Shown here one piece after another: positions 10,721 to 21,288 of a stretch of 64,000 nt of DNA. The notes beneath the pieces were generated by a model. That model saw only the letters and a program-made list of their open reading frames with translations. It did no database searches and had not been told where the DNA came from. The DNA comes from Candidatus Latescibacterota bacterium. GTDB taxonomy: Bacteria > Latescibacterota > UBA2968 > SICM01. Position numbers and translations under genes: made by a program. The stretch spans positions 3,904,001 to 3,968,000 of the forward strand of contig CBDCJO010000002.1 of assembly GCA_965217865.1 (NCBI GenBank). Direction: 5' to 3'. Position 1 is the stretch's first letter, and each line of letters begins with the position of its first letter.

Positions 10721-11429
10721 ATTTGTCGACCGACCGGCACATCTTGTGGATGGTGGCCACATCCCGCCGTTCCAGCTGAACCCGACCGAAAACCCTGCGA
10801 ACCGATCGCATAAAAGAATCCGATGCCTTGTGCGAAACGAAACCGAGTCGCGTCAACGCCATCTGGATGTGTCCGTACATCCCCTCCATTTGGTCAAAAG
10901 GGGCCAGTTCGAGGTCGGGTCCCGCGGGATTTCCACGAACCGCCTGGGCCATTTCGTAACAGAAAATGACGGCCGCCTGGGCAAGATTGAGGGATGGGTA
11001 CGGGGTTTCGGAAGGGATAGAGGAGACGAGAGAACAGAAGCGTAATTCCTGATTTGAGAGTCCCCTGCTTTCCCTACCGATGACAAGGGCACCGCGTTGT
11101 CCAGAGGGCAACCCGGTCAATCGGCGGGCGGCCTCAGAAGGAGGGTAGAGGGGAGGCCGGTCCTCCCGCTGATCGTGTGTGGTTCCCACTGCCAAGGCCA
11201 CACCTTTGAGGGCTTCCGGTATCGAACTGCAGACCGTGGCTTTATGGAGAAGGTCGTGCGATCCGTGGGCCATCTTCCGCGCCTCGGGGACGTCGAACGG
11301 AACGGGGTTGACAAGGACCAGTCGGGAGAATCCCATCGTTTTCATAGCTCTTCCGACCGACCCTATGTTTCCCGGTTCTTCAGGCTCGACCAGGACGATG
11401 GAGATGTGATCGAGTTTTTCGTTGCTCAT
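10689..11429 (-). CDS. trmJ: SPOUT RNA methyltransferase, TrmJ/LasT family
   Basis: IVLVEPEEPGNIGSVGRAMKTMG, GRESRGLSN and YPSLNLAQA motifs. Confidence 0.88.
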   Translation of the reverse strand: MSNEKLDHISIVLVEPEEPGNIGSVGRAMKTMGFSRLVLVNPVPFDVPEARKMAHGSHDLLHKATVCSSIPEALKGVALAVGTTHDQREDRPPLYPPSEAARRLTGLPSGQRGALVIGRESRGLSNQELRFCSLVSSIPSETPYPSLNLAQAAVIFCYEMAQAVRGNPAGPDLELAPFDQMEGMYGHIQMALTRLGFVSHKASDSFMRSVRRVFGRVQLERRDVATIHKMCRSVDKFIARHRIDTT

Positions 11430-11506
11430 GGTGAGCGGAGTTTAGCACAATCCTCACAGCCTGTCAAGAGGGGAGGGAAATCCGTAGGATGAAGAATGGG
11501 GAATGA

Positions 11507-12454
11507 ATGATCCTTTCGACGATTGAACCGGTCATCCCACTTCTTCACCACGTTCATATCGACCCGGCGCGAGCGGTGAATCTTGCGGTGTCGCTTGCCC
11601 GGTCAGGATTGGACCTTCCCGCGTGGCGGGATCCCGTCTTTCCGAAGGACGACGATGGCCAGACAGCCGCCCTTTTCTGCACAGCTAACACGGTGAATTT
11701 CTCCTTCTGGGGGGAACCTAAATGGACGGTTACGTATCGCGGGATGCGATATGATGGAACCTTCGGTCTGTTCGCCTCCTTTCTCAGGGGACTCGAGGAA
11801 GGCATCCCGATCATCGAAGGCCCCTATCTTCGCGACCTGACCGCCGAGGACCTCCGGCATCTGTTTAGGGGAAATGTCGAAATTCCGATGTTCGACGAAC
11901 GCCTGGCAGCCCTTCGAGAGGGCGGTGGGATTTTGGTCGAGAAATATGAGGGCTCCTGGTTATCGCTCCTGAATGCCGCGAACAAAAGCGCCCTCAGTCT
12001 GGTCGGCCTCCTGGCGAAGAATTTTCCGTCTTTCAACGATCATGCTGTTATAGATGGACATGCTGTCAATTTCCACAAAAGGGCGCAACTTATCCCTGCG
12101 ATGCTTTACGGTCGCTTTAAGGGGTCATCATACGGAGAATTCAAAGACATGGAATTTTTGTCATGTTTTGTGGATTACAAACTCCCGCAGATTCTCCGGC
12201 GGTTTGGGGTCATCTCCTATGGGGCCGACCTGGCACATCGGGTGGATTCCCTGATTGAACTTCCGCCCGGGGGGCGAGAAGAGGTGGAGATTCGGGCCGC
12301 GACAATCTGGTGCTGCGAGTTGATTCGCAGCACCTGCAGTCAACTCGTCTCAGGGGCCATGGCGGTTCAGGTTGATGCGGCCCTCTGGTCCACGGGGCAG
12401 GCGAAGGATTTCGAGGATCGGCCCTACCATCGAACCCGATCGATCTTTTATTGA
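11507..12454 (+). CDS. Queuosine salvage family (DUF2419/QNG1-like) hydrolase
   Basis: NFSFW, FHKRAQL, DYKLPQILR, EVEIRAAT and terminal YHRTRSIFY motifs. Confidence 0.88.
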   Translation: MILSTIEPVIPLLHHVHIDPARAVNLAVSLARSGLDLPAWRDPVFPKDDDGQTAALFCTANTVNFSFWGEPKWTVTYRGMRYDGTFGLFASFLRGLEEGIPIIEGPYLRDLTAEDLRHLFRGNVEIPMFDERLAALREGGGILVEKYEGSWLSLLNAANKSALSLVGLLAKNFPSFNDHAVIDGHAVNFHKRAQLIPAMLYGRFKGSSYGEFKDMEFLSCFVDYKLPQILRRFGVISYGADLAHRVDSLIELPPGGREEVEIRAATIWCCELIRSTCSQLVSGAMAVQVDAALWSTGQAKDFEDRPYHRTRSIFY

Positions 12455-12494
12455 CCTCCCCCCCACTGGCCTATTCACCCCTGAAGGATCCTCC

Positions 12495-13205
12495 GTGGAT
12501 ATCGTCGTGGCCTTTGTCCTGGGCCTGTTGTTCGTCTGTGTTTTTCCGGTTTGGGTCCTCCTGGATGGGGAATTCCGGGGGGGGAGCCTCAGCGGAAATA
12601 TTGCAGTCGGTATTTTTTTCGGGCTTTTCGGTTTAGGGGGGACGTGGGATGGGGAAGTGTTCCGGCTCAGATTGCTTTTCTTCAGGAGGCTGAGTCTTTT
12701 CCTCCCGAGTCGCACCAGACGACCCGGTGCGGAACCGGGTAAAAGGACTTCCCAACCTGCCGAGGAAGGGCGTCCTGGAGGTCCCCAATGGGCTCAGTGG
12801 ATGGAAAGGGCAAAGGAGGTCTGGGTTTCTTCCAGCCATTTCTTCGGACCGGGGAAGCGGTTCCTGAACCGATTTTGGCGGTCACTCCGGCTGCAACGGG
12901 CAAGCTGTGACATCGTCCTGGGTACCGGGGATCCAGCCCAGACAGGTCGAATTTCGGGGATGATCCTGGCCGTCCGATCCCTTCTTGGCCCCAGGGTTCG
13001 AATCGGGATCGATCCCAGGTTCCTTCTCCGGACTTTCGAAGTCCGGGGCTCGCTTGTCTTCTGGTTGAACTTCACCAAGCTCATCGCAGCGGTCGTAAAC
13101 CTGGGTGTCGCATTGGGGGGTATGGCGGTCAGGGATTTTTTTCTGGGTTTTTCGGATAGGCTGAGACGAAAGATCGGTCGGTGCGTTTTTCGGGTTGCAA
13201 GATGA
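12495..13205 (+). CDS. DUF2953 / YtfI-like membrane protein
   Basis: LGTGDPAQTG motif; immediately upstream of a ytfJ-like gene. Confidence 0.7.
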   Translation: MDIVVAFVLGLLFVCVFPVWVLLDGEFRGGSLSGNIAVGIFFGLFGLGGTWDGEVFRLRLLFFRRLSLFLPSRTRRPGAEPGKRTSQPAEEGRPGGPQWAQWMERAKEVWVSSSHFFGPGKRFLNRFWRSLRLQRASCDIVLGTGDPAQTGRISGMILAVRSLLGPRVRIGIDPRFLLRTFEVRGSLVFWLNFTKLIAAVVNLGVALGGMAVRDFFLGFSDRLRRKIGRCVFRVAR

Positions 13206-13250
13206 TCTGCTTTCCCGGTAAACGACGGTCCGAATCCAAGGGAGCCTGAG

Positions 13251-13652
13251 ATGGCCAAGCCGGTTGAAGAATTGATCAGGACGCTTCTGGGCGAGTTCCA
13301 ACAGATTGTAAAGACAGAAACGGTCATCGGGGACCCGCTCACAGTAGGGGACGTAACCATCATTCCAGTGTCCAAGGTTTCGTTCGGATTCGGGGCGGGT
13401 GGCCGTGGGACTGAGGAGGGAAAGTCCAGCGGGGGAAGCGGTTCGGGAGGCGGTGCGACCCTGGAACCACTTGCGTTTCTCGTCGTGTCCAAGGGACGGG
13501 TGCAGCTCCTTCCGCTCAAGGAGAAGGAGGGGACACTCGATAAGGTGTTGGAACTGGTTCCGGATCTTTATTCAAAAATCCGCGAATTTCGTGGCATGCG
13601 TGACAAGAAAAAGGAAAGCGGGGGGGATCCGGCGCCACCTCCCAAAACTTAG
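13251..13652 (+). CDS. ytfJ: YtfJ/GerW family protein
   Basis: TETVIGDP...TIIPVSKVSFGFGAGG...GGGSGGGATLEPLAFLVV. Confidence 0.88.
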   Translation: MAKPVEELIRTLLGEFQQIVKTETVIGDPLTVGDVTIIPVSKVSFGFGAGGRGTEEGKSSGGSGSGGGATLEPLAFLVVSKGRVQLLPLKEKEGTLDKVLELVPDLYSKIREFRGMRDKKKESGGDPAPPPKT

Positions 13653-13713
13653 GTGCCCCGCCGAAGTCTGAAGAGGTCCCGGTTCGGGTTTAGATGGGAT
13701 TGGTAATTTCCGC

Positions 13714-13742
13714 TTGACACTGTGTGATTTCTGGAATATCAT
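13714..13742 (+). promoter_or_regulatory. Sigma70-type promoter of nuo operon
   Basis: TTGACA-17 nt-TATCAT. Confidence 0.65.
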
Positions 13743-13808
13743 TTCCACTCTTGCTTTTGAAGCCGGGGAATAAATCCGACAACCGCGAATTTCATTCGGG
13801 TTATCGCC

Positions 13809-14192
13809 ATGTTGCTCGATTATGCAAACGTCCTCGTTTTTTTATGCCTCGGGGCAATCTTCGTCGTGTTCAATCTTTTTGTCGGTTGGATTCTCAGGCC
13901 CAACAATCCGGCACCGGAAAAGCTCACGACTTACGAATGCGGTGAGGAACCGGTTGGCGGATCGTGGGTTCAGTTCAACATCCGGTTCTATATTGTCTCC
14001 CTGGTCTATATTATCTTCGCTGTCGAGATCGTATTCATTTACCCCTGGGCGGTGGTATTCAAAGATCTCGGTCTGTTTGCGTTTGTACAGATGATGATTT
14101 TCATGGGCATTCTGATGCTCGGCCTGGCCTATGATTGGAGGAAGGGGGACCTGGACTGGGTGAAGCCGGAAACCCCTTACACCCGTTCCTGA
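13809..14192 (+). CDS. nuoA: NADH-quinone oxidoreductase subunit A
   Basis: YECGEEP, FNIRFY, YPWAV and WRKGDLDW motifs. Confidence 0.95.
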   Translation: MLLDYANVLVFLCLGAIFVVFNLFVGWILRPNNPAPEKLTTYECGEEPVGGSWVQFNIRFYIVSLVYIIFAVEIVFIYPWAVVFKDLGLFAFVQMMIFMGILMLGLAYDWRKGDLDWVKPETPYTRS

Positions 14193-14238
14193 TTGTCTCG
14201 GATCTGGATTCCATTACACGAAATTCGGAGATTCTTAC

Positions 14239-14715
14239 TTGAGTCCGGCTGAAATCCATCAGCGTCTGAAGGATCGATTCGGAGAAGCGATCTTAGATTT
14301 CCAAGAAGCTGCCATCGAACCGACGGTCAAAGTGGCTGCAGGGAACATCGCCGAGGTTTGTGCTTTTCTGAGAGATGAGGCCGACCTCCGCTTCGACTCC
14401 CTGATGTCCCTGAGCGGGGTCGATGATCCCTCGGGGGACCTTGTCGTGGTTTATCATCTTTTCTCCATGGTCCACCGACATCGAATTGCGCTCAAGGTTT
14501 ATGTGTCCCGCGACAATCCGGTTGTTCCCACCGTGGAACACGTATGGAGTGCCGCCAACTGGCACGAGAGGGAGGCCTACGACATGGTCGGGGTCGTCTT
14601 CGACGGACATCCTGATCTGCGCCGAATTCTATGTCCGGACGACTGGGAAGGGTTTCCGCTCAGGAAGGATTACGAGGTCCAGGAATACTATCGCGGAATG
14701 AAGGTGGAGGTCTGA
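14239..14715 (+). CDS. nuoC: NADH-quinone oxidoreductase subunit C
   Basis: ANWHEREAYDM...GHPDLRRIL...GFPLRKDY. Confidence 0.95.
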   Translation: MSPAEIHQRLKDRFGEAILDFQEAAIEPTVKVAAGNIAEVCAFLRDEADLRFDSLMSLSGVDDPSGDLVVVYHLFSMVHRHRIALKVYVSRDNPVVPTVEHVWSAANWHEREAYDMVGVVFDGHPDLRRILCPDDWEGFPLRKDYEVQEYYRGMKVEV

Positions 14716-14716
14716 C

Positions 14717-15856
14717 GTGGCAGAAGTCGTCGATACAACGGATGTCAACAGCGAGGAGATGATCCTGAACATGGGACCGCAGCACCCCAGCACACACGGG
14801 GTTCTGCGTCTGGAGCTGGGGACGGATGGAGAGATCGTCTCGTGGGTGCGACCTCACATCGGGTATCTCCACCGTTGCTTCGAGAAGCACGCGGAAAACC
14901 TGACCTATCCCCAGGTGATTCCTTTCACCGACCGGATGGACTATCTCGCCTCCATGAACAACAACCTCGGGTATGTCCTGCCGATCGAGAAGATGATGGA
15001 CCTGAAAGTGCCGGAACGCGTGGAATATATCCGGGTAATTATGTGCGAGTTGAACCGAATTGCCAGTCATCTGATCTCTTTCGGGACCTATGGGATTGAC
15101 ATCGGGGCATTCACGCCCTTTCTATTCGCATTCAGGGAGCGGGAGCGTATCTTCGACCTCTTCGAGATGACCTGCGGGGCCCGAATGCTCTACAACTATA
15201 TCTGGGTGGGCGGTGTGTCTCACGACCTGCCCGACGGGTTTATAGAGCTCGCGACGAAATTCATCGATGACTTTCAAGGGAACATCGATGAATACAACAG
15301 TCTGCTGTCGGGGAATAAGATTTTCGTCTCAAGGACCGCCAATGTCGGCATCCTCCCCCCGGAGTTGGCGATCGATTACAACATCACGGGACCTAATTTG
15401 AGGGGTTCCGGGGTCAAGTGGGACCTGCGCCGGGACGATCCCTACTCGATTTACGACCGGTTCGATTTCGATATCCCGGTCGGCAGGGGGGAAATGGGGA
15501 CAGTGGGGGACTGCTGGGACCGCTACATGGTTCGCATCCGGGAGATGGAGCAGAGCGCCAAAATCTTAAAACAAGCCCTGAAGCAGATCCCGAAGGGAGA
15601 TGTCCACGCGGCCATCCCAAAACAGGTCAAACCGCCGAAAGACACGGAGTGCTATTTCCGGACTGAGAATCCCAGGGGGGAACTGGGGGTCTATATCGTC
15701 AGCGACGGTTCTAACAAACCCTATCGGGTCAAGATCAAGTCCCCCTGCTTTGTCGCCCTGGGCGTCCTTCCCGAGATTTGCAAAGGGGCCATGATCGCAG
15801 ACATCGTGGCCATCGTCGGATCCATCGATATCGTGCTTGGAGAGGTAGATCGCTAA
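14717..15856 (+). CDS. nuoD: NADH-quinone oxidoreductase subunit D
   Basis: [25 protein letters not shown] and terminal DIVLGEVDR; no NiFe CxxC motifs. Confidence 0.96.
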   Translation: MAEVVDTTDVNSEEMILNMGPQHPSTHGVLRLELGTDGEIVSWVRPHIGYLHRCFEKHAENLTYPQVIPFTDRMDYLASMNNNLGYVLPIEKMMDLKVPERVEYIRVIMCELNRIASHLISFGTYGIDIGAFTPFLFAFRERERIFDLFEMTCGARMLYNYIWVGGVSHDLPDGFIELATKFIDDFQGNIDEYNSLLSGNKIFVSRTANVGILPPELAIDYNITGPNLRGSGVKWDLRRDDPYSIYDRFDFDIPVGRGEMGTVGDCWDRYMVRIREMEQSAKILKQALKQIPKGDVHAAIPKQVKPPKDTECYFRTENPRGELGVYIVSDGSNKPYRVKIKSPCFVALGVLPEICKGAMIADIVAIVGSIDIVLGEVDR

Positions 15857-15858
15857 AC

Positions 15859-16902
15859 GTGCAAACCCTCGCGGAACACCTGATCAACACCTTCAGCTTA
15901 CCCGTTCCGATCTGGATCCTTTCGCCGACCCTTGGCGTCGTCGGGGGGATCCTCGTGTTGACGATCATCGCTCTTCAGGCCATGTACCTGATCTGGCTGG
16001 AGCGGAAGGTCGCAGCGCACATGCAGGATCGTCTCGGCCCAATGCGCGTGGGGGGCTGGCACGGGTGGGCGCAATCGATTGCCGATGGCCTCAAGCTCCT
16101 GTTGAAGGAGGATATCATCCCGGCGGCGGCCGATCGGCCGCTGTTTCGGTATGCCCCCCTGGTCGTGTTCGTGGGTTCGTTCGCGGCGTTCGTCTGCCTC
16201 CCGTTCGGGGATGGGATCATCATCAGCGATCTGAACGTCGGGATTTTCTATATCCTCGCCGTCACCTCCTTCATGGTCATAGGCATTATCATGGCGGGAT
16301 GGGGGTCGAACAACAAGTGGGCGCTCCTCGGAGCGATGCGTTCGGCGGCGCAGGTCGTCAGCTATGAGATACCGGTGGGGCTTTCCCTCCTAGCCGCTAT
16401 CATGGTCGCGGGGAGTCTGAGCATGCAGGATATCGTGGTGGCGCAAGATGGGGGGATCCACCGGTGGCTGGCATTTCGAAATCCGTTCCTGTTTGCGGCG
16501 TTCATGATCTATTTCGTCGCCTCACTCGCGGAGGTCAACCGGACGCCCTTCGACATCCCCGAGGCCGAATCCGAGCTGGTGGCGGGTTACCATACGGAAT
16601 ACAGCGGGATGCGGTTTTCGATCTTCTTCCTGGCTGAATACGCAAACATGTTCGCGGTGGGCGCGATCGCGGCGACCGTGTTTCTGGGCGGATGGCAGGC
16701 CCCGTGGGGGGGCGGAACCCCGGCGTTCGGGATCATATGGTTTTTCGCCAAGGCGCATTTCATCGTGTTCGTACAGATATGGCTGCGGTGGACGCTTCCC
16801 CGACTCCGCGTGGATCAGTTGATGTACGTCGGATGGAAGGTTCTCACACCCTTCGCATTTATCAACATCGTGGGTACGGGAATCTGGATCCTGTATGTCT
16901 AA
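15859..16902 (+). CDS. nuoH: NADH-quinone oxidoreductase subunit H
   Basis: [32 protein letters not shown] and PRLRVDQLM; GTG start after the nuoD stop. Confidence 0.95.
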   Translation: MQTLAEHLINTFSLPVPIWILSPTLGVVGGILVLTIIALQAMYLIWLERKVAAHMQDRLGPMRVGGWHGWAQSIADGLKLLLKEDIIPAAADRPLFRYAPLVVFVGSFAAFVCLPFGDGIIISDLNVGIFYILAVTSFMVIGIIMAGWGSNNKWALLGAMRSAAQVVSYEIPVGLSLLAAIMVAGSLSMQDIVVAQDGGIHRWLAFRNPFLFAAFMIYFVASLAEVNRTPFDIPEAESELVAGYHTEYSGMRFSIFFLAEYANMFAVGAIAATVFLGGWQAPWGGGTPAFGIIWFFAKAHFIVFVQIWLRWTLPRLRVDQLMYVGWKVLTPFAFINIVGTGIWILYV

Positions 16903-16947
16903 AGACATGATTCCAAAGTCCACTTTCCACGTTAACTTGAATTCCGG

Positions 16948-17478
16948 GTGACTCGTATGGACGGTGTCCTGTCCGGTGTTGTCTTCTACATTTTCGCAGC
17001 AATTACGGTCCTGTCGAGCGCCATGGTCGTTCTCTCGTCGCGTCTGACGTATGCGGCCTTTTCGCTCCTTTTGACCTTTTTCGGGGTTGCAGGGCTATAC
17101 GTCTTCCTCGGTGCGGATTTCATCGCAGTGACACAGGTGCTCATCTACGTGGGGGGCATCCTTATCCTGTTGCTTTTCGGAATCATGTTGACCCATCGGA
17201 TATCGGATGTCAGGATTTTGGCCGCGAGGGTGCAGTTCGTTCCGAGCGTCCTCGTGGTGGGTTGTGTGTTCGTTCTGCTCCTTTCGGTGATTTTCGGGAC
17301 TCAATGGAAAGTAACCGACACCATGCCTGCTGAATATACGGCGGAGACAATCGGCAAATTGCTGATGACGAAATATCTGATCCCGTTTGAAGCGGTCGCC
17401 GTTCTTCTCCTCGTCGCCTTGATCGGGGCCTCGACGCTGGCTCGAAGCGAATCCGATTCGGAGGAGGAGGCGTCGTGA
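16948..17478 (+). CDS. nuoJ: NADH-quinone oxidoreductase subunit J
   Basis: QVLIYVGGI and PFEAVAVLLLVALIGA. Confidence 0.93.
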   Translation: MTRMDGVLSGVVFYIFAAITVLSSAMVVLSSRLTYAAFSLLLTFFGVAGLYVFLGADFIAVTQVLIYVGGILILLLFGIMLTHRISDVRILAARVQFVPSVLVVGCVFVLLLSVIFGTQWKVTDTMPAEYTAETIGKLLMTKYLIPFEAVAVLLLVALIGASTLARSESDSEEEAS

Positions 17479-17783
17479 CGATCACCCTAGAACATTATCT
17501 GGTTGTCGGCGCCCTCCTGTTCTGCTTTGGCATCCTGGCCGTGGCCACGCGGCGGAACGCCATCAGTGTATTGATGGGTGTGGAGCTTATCCTGAACGCG
17601 GCGAACGTGAACCTCGTCGCGTTCTCTCGCTACAGCGATGTCGGGATCAGCGGGCAGGTGATGGCGGTGTTTGTGATCGCCTTGGCAGCGGCGGAGGCCG
17701 CCGTCGCACTCGCGATCGTTCTCAACATATACCGGCTGGTTCAGATCGTAGATGTCGATCGGGCAAGCACACTAAGACAATAG
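17475..17783 (+). CDS. nuoK: NADH-quinone oxidoreductase subunit K
   Basis: LMGVELILNAANVN and AAAEAAVALA. Confidence 0.95.
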   Translation: MTITLEHYLVVGALLFCFGILAVATRRNAISVLMGVELILNAANVNLVAFSRYSDVGISGQVMAVFVIALAAAEAAVALAIVLNIYRLVQIVDVDRASTLRQ

Positions 17784-17820
17784 TCTCTCTCATAAGATAT
17801 CCGGTCCTACCCGTGACGGA

Positions 17821-17851
17821 ACCCCGAAGTCAATGACTTTGGGGTTTTTTT
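17821..17851 (+). terminator. Rho-independent terminator after nuoK
   Basis: ACCCCGAAGTCA-A-TGACTTTGGGGT hairpin followed by T-run. Confidence 0.75.
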
Positions 17852-17861
17852 CGCCCCACTG

Positions 17862-18753
17862 TTATGTCCCCCGGGTGACGGCCAGATAGTCGACGATGAC
17901 GTCGCAATCTTCATCGGTCAGGTCGGCTTCCCCCGCATTCGCCTGCATCTCTTTGACGATCTCCCGCCAGTCCGCCCGGGCCAACCTCAAGTCGTTGGCG
18001 CGGTCGAGATCGTGGCAGGCCGAGCACTTCATCTCGAAGAGGGTCTTTCCGGTCATGATGTCGATCGCCTGCTCCGTCCGCTGCTTCGAGAGGATCGCCT
18101 GAGTGTGGATCAGGTATCCCGAGATCAGGTCGCCCTGTTGTGGGGTGATGTCGGGGTTGAGCCTCCGCATGGATTCCACGGTCTTCCGCCACCCGGCATC
18201 GGTTTTGAACTTGACGAAGGTGCGTTCCAGGGTATGGCATGTGGAACACTTGTGAATGAGAAGATTTTTTCCCGCGAGAAAACGTTCTTCTTCGGTCCGG
18301 ATCTTCGAGGGATCCACGCTGGCCAGGGAAAAGTAGATTCCCACTCCTGCCTTTAGATAGTAATAACCCGCTGTCAGGGAGATAAAGACGAAGGTCAGGC
18401 AGAACACCGTAACGGCCAGGGGGAAGACGTTCGGAAAGAGACGCGGATATCGGCGGATAATCAGTATCTTAATCCCGAGGAGCGGTAAGATCGCCAGTGC
18501 GAAACCCGCGTGCAGAAGGGCCCGGGTGGAAAGCTCCTCGCGGAACCCTGCGATTCGCCAGATCATGGTCGTCAGTAGGATAAGATAGATCGCCACGAAG
18601 CAGTAGCCGCAAATTCGATGAATGACCGAAAGCCGTTTTCCTAAGCGTTTCGTCTTTAATTCTCCCTCCCTGGAGTTCCAGCATGATCGTCAATGCGGCC
18701 CCTCCAAAAATGAGCATCAGGATACCGAGCATGGAGTTGAGAGCGGGATTCAT
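17862..18753 (-). CDS. Membrane-anchored diheme c-type cytochrome (frameshift near 18640)
   Basis: CSTCH and CSACH heme motifs with distal Met; N-terminal TM helices split between ORFs 18469..18753 and 17862..18596. Confidence 0.75.
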
Positions 18754-19031
18754 AGAGACCTCCTTAAAGTGTTGTGAGTGGTGACGGGGATGAGTGAATA
18801 GTCAGCTGCCATTGGGGCAAATTTTAAACTGAACCTGTCTTGACATGATCTCGAGCAATCAAATCTGGACGTCTACCTTTCAATCCGTCCGTGACAATTC
18901 AAAGGGATGGACTCATTTTCGGAGGAATCTTGTTTGAGGGGAGCCGGTTATGAACGGGGGAAGGGGGAAACTCAAGACGGATGGTGTCGGAAAGGATCGA
19001 TCGGGTTTATGACGGGTGAGAGGGGATTCGA

Positions 19032-19958
19032 TCAGGCATCGAGTACCATTTTCAGAAGCGCCATTCGGATGTAGAGACCGTTCTGGGCCTGTCTGAAATA
19101 GGCCGCGCGGGGATCGGTGTCAACCTCGGGGGTGATTTCATCGACACGTGGAAGGGGATGCATGATGACCGCACGTTCTTTAAGGACTTTTAGAAATTCC
19201 AGGTCAATGATATATTTTCCCCTCGCGCTCTCGTAGTCGGCGGTCCGATCCCCAAAACGCTCCCGCTGAATACGGGTCTGGTATATGACATCGGCTCTCG
19301 CAGCCACTTCGAAAAGGTCTTCCTCCTCCGTGAAAAAGATTCCGTGACGACGGAGGTAGTTCTTGATGTCGTCTTTCATCCGGACCACCCCCGGGGCGAC
19401 AAAATGCAGCTTTACGTCTTCGTACTTGGCCAGGAGGTAGGCGAGGGAGCGGACGGTTCGGCCGTTGGCGAGGTCTCCTACCATGGCCACGGTTATGCCG
19501 TCGAGATGGCCGACTTCTTTTTGAATCGTGTAGACATCGAGCAGGGCCTGGGTGGGATGCTGACCCGGACCGTCCCCGGCGTTGATGATCGGGACGCTGG
19601 CGACCGACGCTGCCCGTTTTGCGGTGCCGCTCTCGTAGTGACGGAAGATGATCACGTCGGCATAGCCTTCTACGATCCGGACCGTGTCCTCCAGGGTTTC
19701 CCCCTTCGCGGCCGAGGAGAACTCACGGGCGTTCTCCGTGGTGATAACCTCTCCTCCAAGGCGTTTCATCGCGGACTCGAAAGAGAGCCGGGTCCGGGTG
19801 CTCGGCTCATAGAAGAGTGTGGCCATCAGGCGACGATTGAGGATGTTCGAGCCATATCGGGTAACGACTTCCTCCATCTCCTTTGCGACAGAAAAGATCT
19901 CGGTGAGCCGATCCCTGCTAAACTGTTGTGCTTCGATGACGTGGTGGAGCTTGTCCAT
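19032..19958 (-). CDS. pyrB: Aspartate carbamoyltransferase catalytic subunit
   Basis: FYEPSTRTRLSF, HPTQALLD and MHPLPR. Confidence 0.96.
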   Translation of the reverse strand: MDKLHHVIEAQQFSRDRLTEIFSVAKEMEEVVTRYGSNILNRRLMATLFYEPSTRTRLSFESAMKRLGGEVITTENAREFSSAAKGETLEDTVRIVEGYADVIIFRHYESGTAKRAASVASVPIINAGDGPGQHPTQALLDVYTIQKEVGHLDGITVAMVGDLANGRTVRSLAYLLAKYEDVKLHFVAPGVVRMKDDIKNYLRRHGIFFTEEEDLFEVAARADVIYQTRIQRERFGDRTADYESARGKYIIDLEFLKVLKERAVIMHPLPRVDEITPEVDTDPRAAYFRQAQNGLYIRMALLKMVLDA

Positions 19959-20206
19959 CTCAGCCCTCCGATCAGATAAAAAAATAGCTCGCCCAAAATG
20001 GGAGAGCCTCATTCAAACTTATGCTCGGCCTGGCTTGAAGACATCGCGTTAGGAAGTCATCGAGTTCATCATCCAAATCGACGGCCGAAAAACCGGATCG
20101 GCCGTCTCAACGGACAATATAGCCTAACCCAAAATAGAAGGCAAGGGAAAACCGCGGCCGTGTCGTGATCGCGGTGCCCCCCAAAAATCACCAGAAGGAG
20201 GACATC

Positions 20207-21199
20207 ATGAAGGGAAAAAGGGTCTGCTGGCCGGAGAAGGGTCGGGTCGTGTTGGAGGGCTTCGAGGCAGGGCAACCCGGTCCCGGGGAAGTGCTCATCC
20301 GGACCGAGTGGACCCTGATAAGCCCGGGCACGGAGGGTGCCGGGCTTATGGTCATGGAAAACACAGGGGGGAGCTTCCCCGCCAGACCGGGTTATAACAA
20401 TGCGGGACGGATCGAAGGCATCGGGCCCGGCGTTGAGGATCTGGCCGTCGGCGATCGAGTGGCCTCACACGCCGGACACGCATCGGTGACGGTCACGCCT
20501 GTGGATCGGGTTTTCCAGATTCCCGACGGTCTCCCTTCGGAAGATGCGGTTTTCTTTAACATGGGGGCCATCTGTCTGCAAGGTGTTCGAAAGGCAAGCG
20601 TTCAGATCGGGGATTCGGTCCTGGTCATCGGTCAGGGAATCGTCGGTAATCTTGCCCTCCAACTGGCTAAACTCGATGGAGGGATTCCGGTCATTGGGGC
20701 CGATCTTTCGACAGGGAGGCTGGAGATATCGAAAAAGTGTGGCGCGGATGGGGTGATCAACCCCGAGACGGGAAATCTGGAAGATGAGGTCCGGGCGGCC
20801 ACGGGTGGAAAGGGACCGGCGGTTGTGATCGAGGCGACAGGGGCCCCGGAACCGATCAACACCGCTTTCCGGCTGGCGGCCTGGTGTGGTCGGGTGGTTA
20901 TTCTGGCCAGCACACGGGGGGAGACGGCATCGGTCAACTTTTACAGGGATGTCCACAAGAAGGGATTGACCGTGATCGGAGCCCATAACAGCATCCGCCC
21001 GCAACTTGATTCAACGCCATGGTACTGGACGGCCAGGGACGACGCGGAAGTGATTTTGCAGTTGCTGGCCAGGGGGAGGTTGAATGTGCGTGATCTGACG
21101 AGCGTGCGGTTGAAAGCGGAGGAGGCCCCAAAGGGTTATCAGATGGTGATGGACCGGAAGATGGATGTGCTTGGGATTTTGCTGGACTGGAGGGGATGA
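20207..21199 (+). CDS. Zinc-binding (MDR) alcohol dehydrogenase family protein
   Basis: LISPGTE and GQGIVG Rossmann motif; RBS AAGGAGG. Confidence 0.85.
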   Translation: MKGKRVCWPEKGRVVLEGFEAGQPGPGEVLIRTEWTLISPGTEGAGLMVMENTGGSFPARPGYNNAGRIEGIGPGVEDLAVGDRVASHAGHASVTVTPVDRVFQIPDGLPSEDAVFFNMGAICLQGVRKASVQIGDSVLVIGQGIVGNLALQLAKLDGGIPVIGADLSTGRLEISKKCGADGVINPETGNLEDEVRAATGGKGPAVVIEATGAPEPINTAFRLAAWCGRVVILASTRGETASVNFYRDVHKKGLTVIGAHNSIRPQLDSTPWYWTARDDAEVILQLLARGRLNVRDLTSVRLKAEEAPKGYQMVMDRKMDVLGILLDWRG

Positions 21200-21288
21200 G
21201 GTCGGGGTCAGGTTTCGGTCCCATAAGGGGGTTGATACAATCGGTGTATCGGTGAACGCTCCGATCCGGACGGGTTGTCGACAGAATT

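Noticed and set aside
14717-15856. Group 4 NiFe hydrogenase large subunit
   Set aside because: No N- or C-terminal CxxC nickel ligands; NuoD quinone-site His and Tyr present
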